DNA from: Nemertoderma westbladi
Lineage: Eukaryota > Animalia > Xenacoelomorpha
NCBI GenBank assembly: GCA_032718475.1
Contig: JAUCBJ010006792.1
Span: 26,022-90,021 of the forward strand
Length of the DNA stretch: 64,000 bases
Direction: 5' to 3'
This document shows, piece after piece, positions 61,577-64,000 of the stretch. A model generated the notes under the pieces. That model was given only the letters and a program-made list of their open reading frames with translations. It was not told the origin of the DNA and searched no databases. The translations under genes were made by a program, and so were the position numbers. Each line of letters starts with the position of its first letter. Within the stretch, counting starts at the first letter, position 1.

Positions 61577-61579
61577 TCA
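61526..61579 (-). promoter_or_regulatory. Candidate stop-codon readthrough signal: UGA-CUAG plus downstream 10-bp stem-loop
   Basis: Minus strand TTC TGA CTA GTC AGC ACC AGA CGC AC GAATTCCGAG-AGAACCCCAAA-CTCGGAATTC. Confidence 0.6.
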
Positions 61580-64000
61580 GAAAGCCTGTGAGTCAGGAAG
61601 AATATCTACCTGGTCAATCTCTTCATACTCATCTGAAGCGTATGTGCTGTTTGGTAGTAAGTTGTTGGTCGATGTTTCCTCAGCTGTCAATGTTGTGTGA
61701 TGAACCTGTGCTCGTGCAGTTTCAGAGTGCAAAATAGTGTGATGGGATTTCTTACACACCTTGCACCTTCCCTCAGAACGGCACATTTTGCGCATATGAT
61801 TTGCACTTAAACAGTTGTAACAAAGCCTATTTGTAGCTGCATATGCCCGTCTGTCAATCACAGTAAGGTTCCTAAAGGTAGGACAGTTGGAAATCCTATG
61901 TTCAGTAGAGTGACACTTGTGACACCCGGTGGTGAGTTTATTGTCAGTAGTCCCATCAGTGTTTAGTGTTGTGAGGGCCTCCAACACTAATTGCAAAGTT
62001 TCTTTCTGACCATCTTTAACCTTAGAATTACCAGGCTTGGTCACCGCTGGCTGGTCAGATCGTTTTTGGGGAGCTACCTTAGTTGCTCCACGAATGTGGT
62101 TAACTTCCGCGTACTGGTCATTGACTTTAAAGTCCTCCTCAAAATCTACGGTATCGGATTGAGTCTGCCTGACTTTCGCACGCTGCAATGGAGTCACTGA
62201 TGGGTGTAGGGCGCTTTTGGTTTTACAACTGAGCAAACACTCACGCTCTCGCCTCTGTCCACTCAGCGTGATCTGGCATTCTTCATCAAGAAATTCCAGG
62301 AATTTTTTAATGTTAGGAAGGGAGTTAGTCCTTAACTCTTGACGCACTCTTTGTTTGTCCCATCTTGTCCCTACAGGTCCCGGTAATAGTGCTTGTAGTT
62401 GTCCAATTACAATGGGATGGTCTAAGTGACAAGTCTGGTCTAGGGTCTCAAGTTGGAGATATACAGTTCTAATCTTGTCTGCGAACCTTACAAACGAGTC
62501 ACCGTTATTCACAGCCCCTGTCTTCATAAGTTGGTGAACCATACTGGCGGCAATAGAAGATTCTCGTCCCCAACGCTGGCAGAGTCCCACCCAAGCGCGC
62601 GAAAATGGTTCATTGACTCCAAGGTAACTTTCTGCAAGTTCTTTTGGTGGTCCTTCGAGGCTCCTGATAAGCAGTTGGAGCAATTCATCCTCTGGTAAAT
62701 TTGAGTTATACAGATTAGACTTTACTGTTTGCTTAAAGGGAATCCATCGTAGGGGGTCCCCATTGAATTTGCGTGCAGTATCACCAATGGAGCCTTTGGC
62801 ATCCATTCTAGTCATGACTCTGGCAAAACTTCGGTTGGTTTCAAGTGTTGTCTCCTCTACTACAGTAGGTAAGGGGGTGTTTCCAACAGTCTCTGGTCTT
62901 TTGAGAATCGAAGTTGGTCGAAACTCAAGTTCCCCTGTCAAGTCTTCACCCATTAATTTGGCTGCTTGTTCCTTAAAGGTACCACCCATCAACTGTGTGG
63001 AAACCTGCGTTTCCGGTCCTCCTTGGCATAAATCTCTCATGGGAAGAGTAGTTGCCTTGTAGGGTTGGTTCCTAGAGTTAGCTAATATGCCCATGCTGTC
63101 CTTTAATTGAGCTATCTCTGATCGCAACGTCTCCATTTCATCGGAGAGTGTATAATTATTATGTGTATCATAATTACTGATGGTGTGGTATGCAGTGGAG
63201 TTGGCCCTTGGCTGAAAAACTGATGCGTGAGGGTCGAACTCGTAGTGTGTTTTTGTATATCCTGCACTACTTACATTATGATATTGGGTAGCATTAGTTG
63301 TGAATAATGGGATATACATAGATGTAGTGGAGGTAGGTGAGAAGTGTGGCTGTGTTACAAGTGGACACATAGTGGGTCTTGAAGTAGTATCTTTGAAAGT
63401 CACAACGCTACTAATATGCCCAGTCTTACTTCTGACACAAGTAGTGTCTATAGAAGATAATGATGTTGCAATTCTATAGGACACTTGATCATTACTCGTT
63501 AGTGATCGGTTATTAGATATTTGCGATATAAAAAAAGAGGGAGCATGAACTGTAGCAGTAGGATTAACGCTGGATGAATAGGTGTTGGTGACAGTGTTAG
63601 AACTAGTAACATGAAATAAATTACAGCTAGTTACCATCGTCTTTAAATTCAGCTTAGGTGTAGATTCGGTATGGCTGGTAGTTTGCTGTTGTTCTACTCT
63701 TGTAACAGGTGGTTTATCTACATGTGTGATAGGACGTCGATAAACACTATTTCTAGACTTACTAGGAGTTGTCTTCTTCCTGGTTGTCTCTATTTCACTT
63801 TCAGATTCACTAGTACACTTTTCTAACCTAGCCTTTGCTATGGCTCTTCTCTTAGTTATGTCTAGTTGCTTTCTCATTTTTTCTAACCTAGCAGACTTAA
63901 ACGTTCTAGCCTCCTCAGCCTCAAGTTCCTCTTCCTCGGCCTTTCTTACCGTCTCCTCAGCATCGAACATGAGCTGAAGCGTTTCAATCGGAAGTGATTC
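61577..64000 (-). CDS. gag: Gag of element 3 (frame open to the window edge; first ATG in window at 63970)
   Basis: KFNGDPLRWIPF, LQLLIRSLEGPPKE and three knuckles (CHKCHSTEHRISNC, CYNCLSANHMRKMC, CKVCKKSHHTILH). Homologous to the Gag of elements 1 and 2. Confidence 0.93.
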   Translation of the reverse strand, partial: ESLPIETLQLMFDAEETVRKAEEEELEAEEARTFKSARLEKMRKQLDITKRRAIAKARLEKCTSESESEIETTRKKTTPSKSRNSVYRRPITHVDKPPVTRVEQQQTTSHTESTPKLNLKTMVTSCNLFHVTSSNTVTNTYSSSVNPTATVHAPSFFISQISNNRSLTSNDQVSYRIATSLSSIDTTCVRSKTGHISSVVTFKDTTSRPTMCPLVTQPHFSPTSTTSMYIPLFTTNATQYHNVSSAGYTKTHYEFDPHASVFQPRANSTAYHTISNYDTHNNYTLSDEMETLRSEIAQLKDSMGILANSRNQPYKATTLPMRDLCQGGPETQVSTQLMGGTFKEQAAKLMGEDLTGELEFRPTSILKRPETVGNTPLPTVVEETTLETNRSFARVMTRMDAKGSIGDTARKFNGDPLRWIPFKQTVKSNLYNSNLPEDELLQLLIRSLEGPPKELAESYLGVNEPFSRAWVGLCQRWGRESSIAASMVHQLMKTGAVNNGDSFVRFADKIRTVYLQLETLDQTCHLDHPIVIGQLQALLPGPVGTRWDKQRVRQELRTNSLPNIKKFLEFLDEECQITLSGQRRERECLLSCKTKSALHPSVTPLQRAKVRQTQSDTVDFEEDFKVNDQYAEVNHIRGATKVAPQKRSDQPAVTKPGNSKVKDGQKETLQLVLEALTTLNTDGTTDNKLTTGCHKCHSTEHRISNCPTFRNLTVIDRRAYAATNRLCYNCLSANHMRKMCRSEGRCKVCKKSHHTILHSETARAQVHHTTLTAEETSTNNLLPNSTYASDEYEEIDQVDILPDSQAF

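Noticed and set aside
57432-63062. Short plus-strand ORFs overlapping element 3
   Set aside because: Antisense shadows of the gag-pol coding sequence, without motifs.

Overview
Eukaryotic (animal-like, AT-rich) repeat-dense DNA with no recognisable host gene; it is a nest of transposable elements. (1) 1-868: two minus-strand CR1/L2-type LINE reverse-transcriptase fragments. (2) 1290-44702: a non-autonomous BEL/Pao LTR retrotransposon (element 1). It encodes Gag-protease with RT, RNase H and integrase cores deleted, plus a 3' accessory zinc-knuckle ORF. Its gag is split by (3) a ~32 kb head-to-tail array of about 20 non-autonomous Helentron/HINE (DINE-1-like) units (7291-39307). The units belong to two terminus families and carry (GGCTC)n microsatellites, 108-bp and ~250-bp tandem repeats and a TTAA-flanked piggyBac-type MITE. 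(4) From 44703: a sister non-autonomous element (element 2) inserted 96 bp into element 1's 3' LTR, with an intact 1655-aa Gag-PR ORF. (5) 57335-64000, minus strand: an apparently intact autonomous BEL/Pao element. Its gag and pol are in frame and separated by one UGA in a UGA-CUAG context, followed by a perfect 10-bp stem-loop (candidate programmed readthrough). Other highlights are a covarying ~105-nt RNA hairpin upstream of the accessory ORF, and end-joining-like junctions around the Helentron array. The many short ORFs between 7.3 and 39.3 kb are repeat artefacts. LTR right ends and the element 2/3 boundary could not be fixed exactly.
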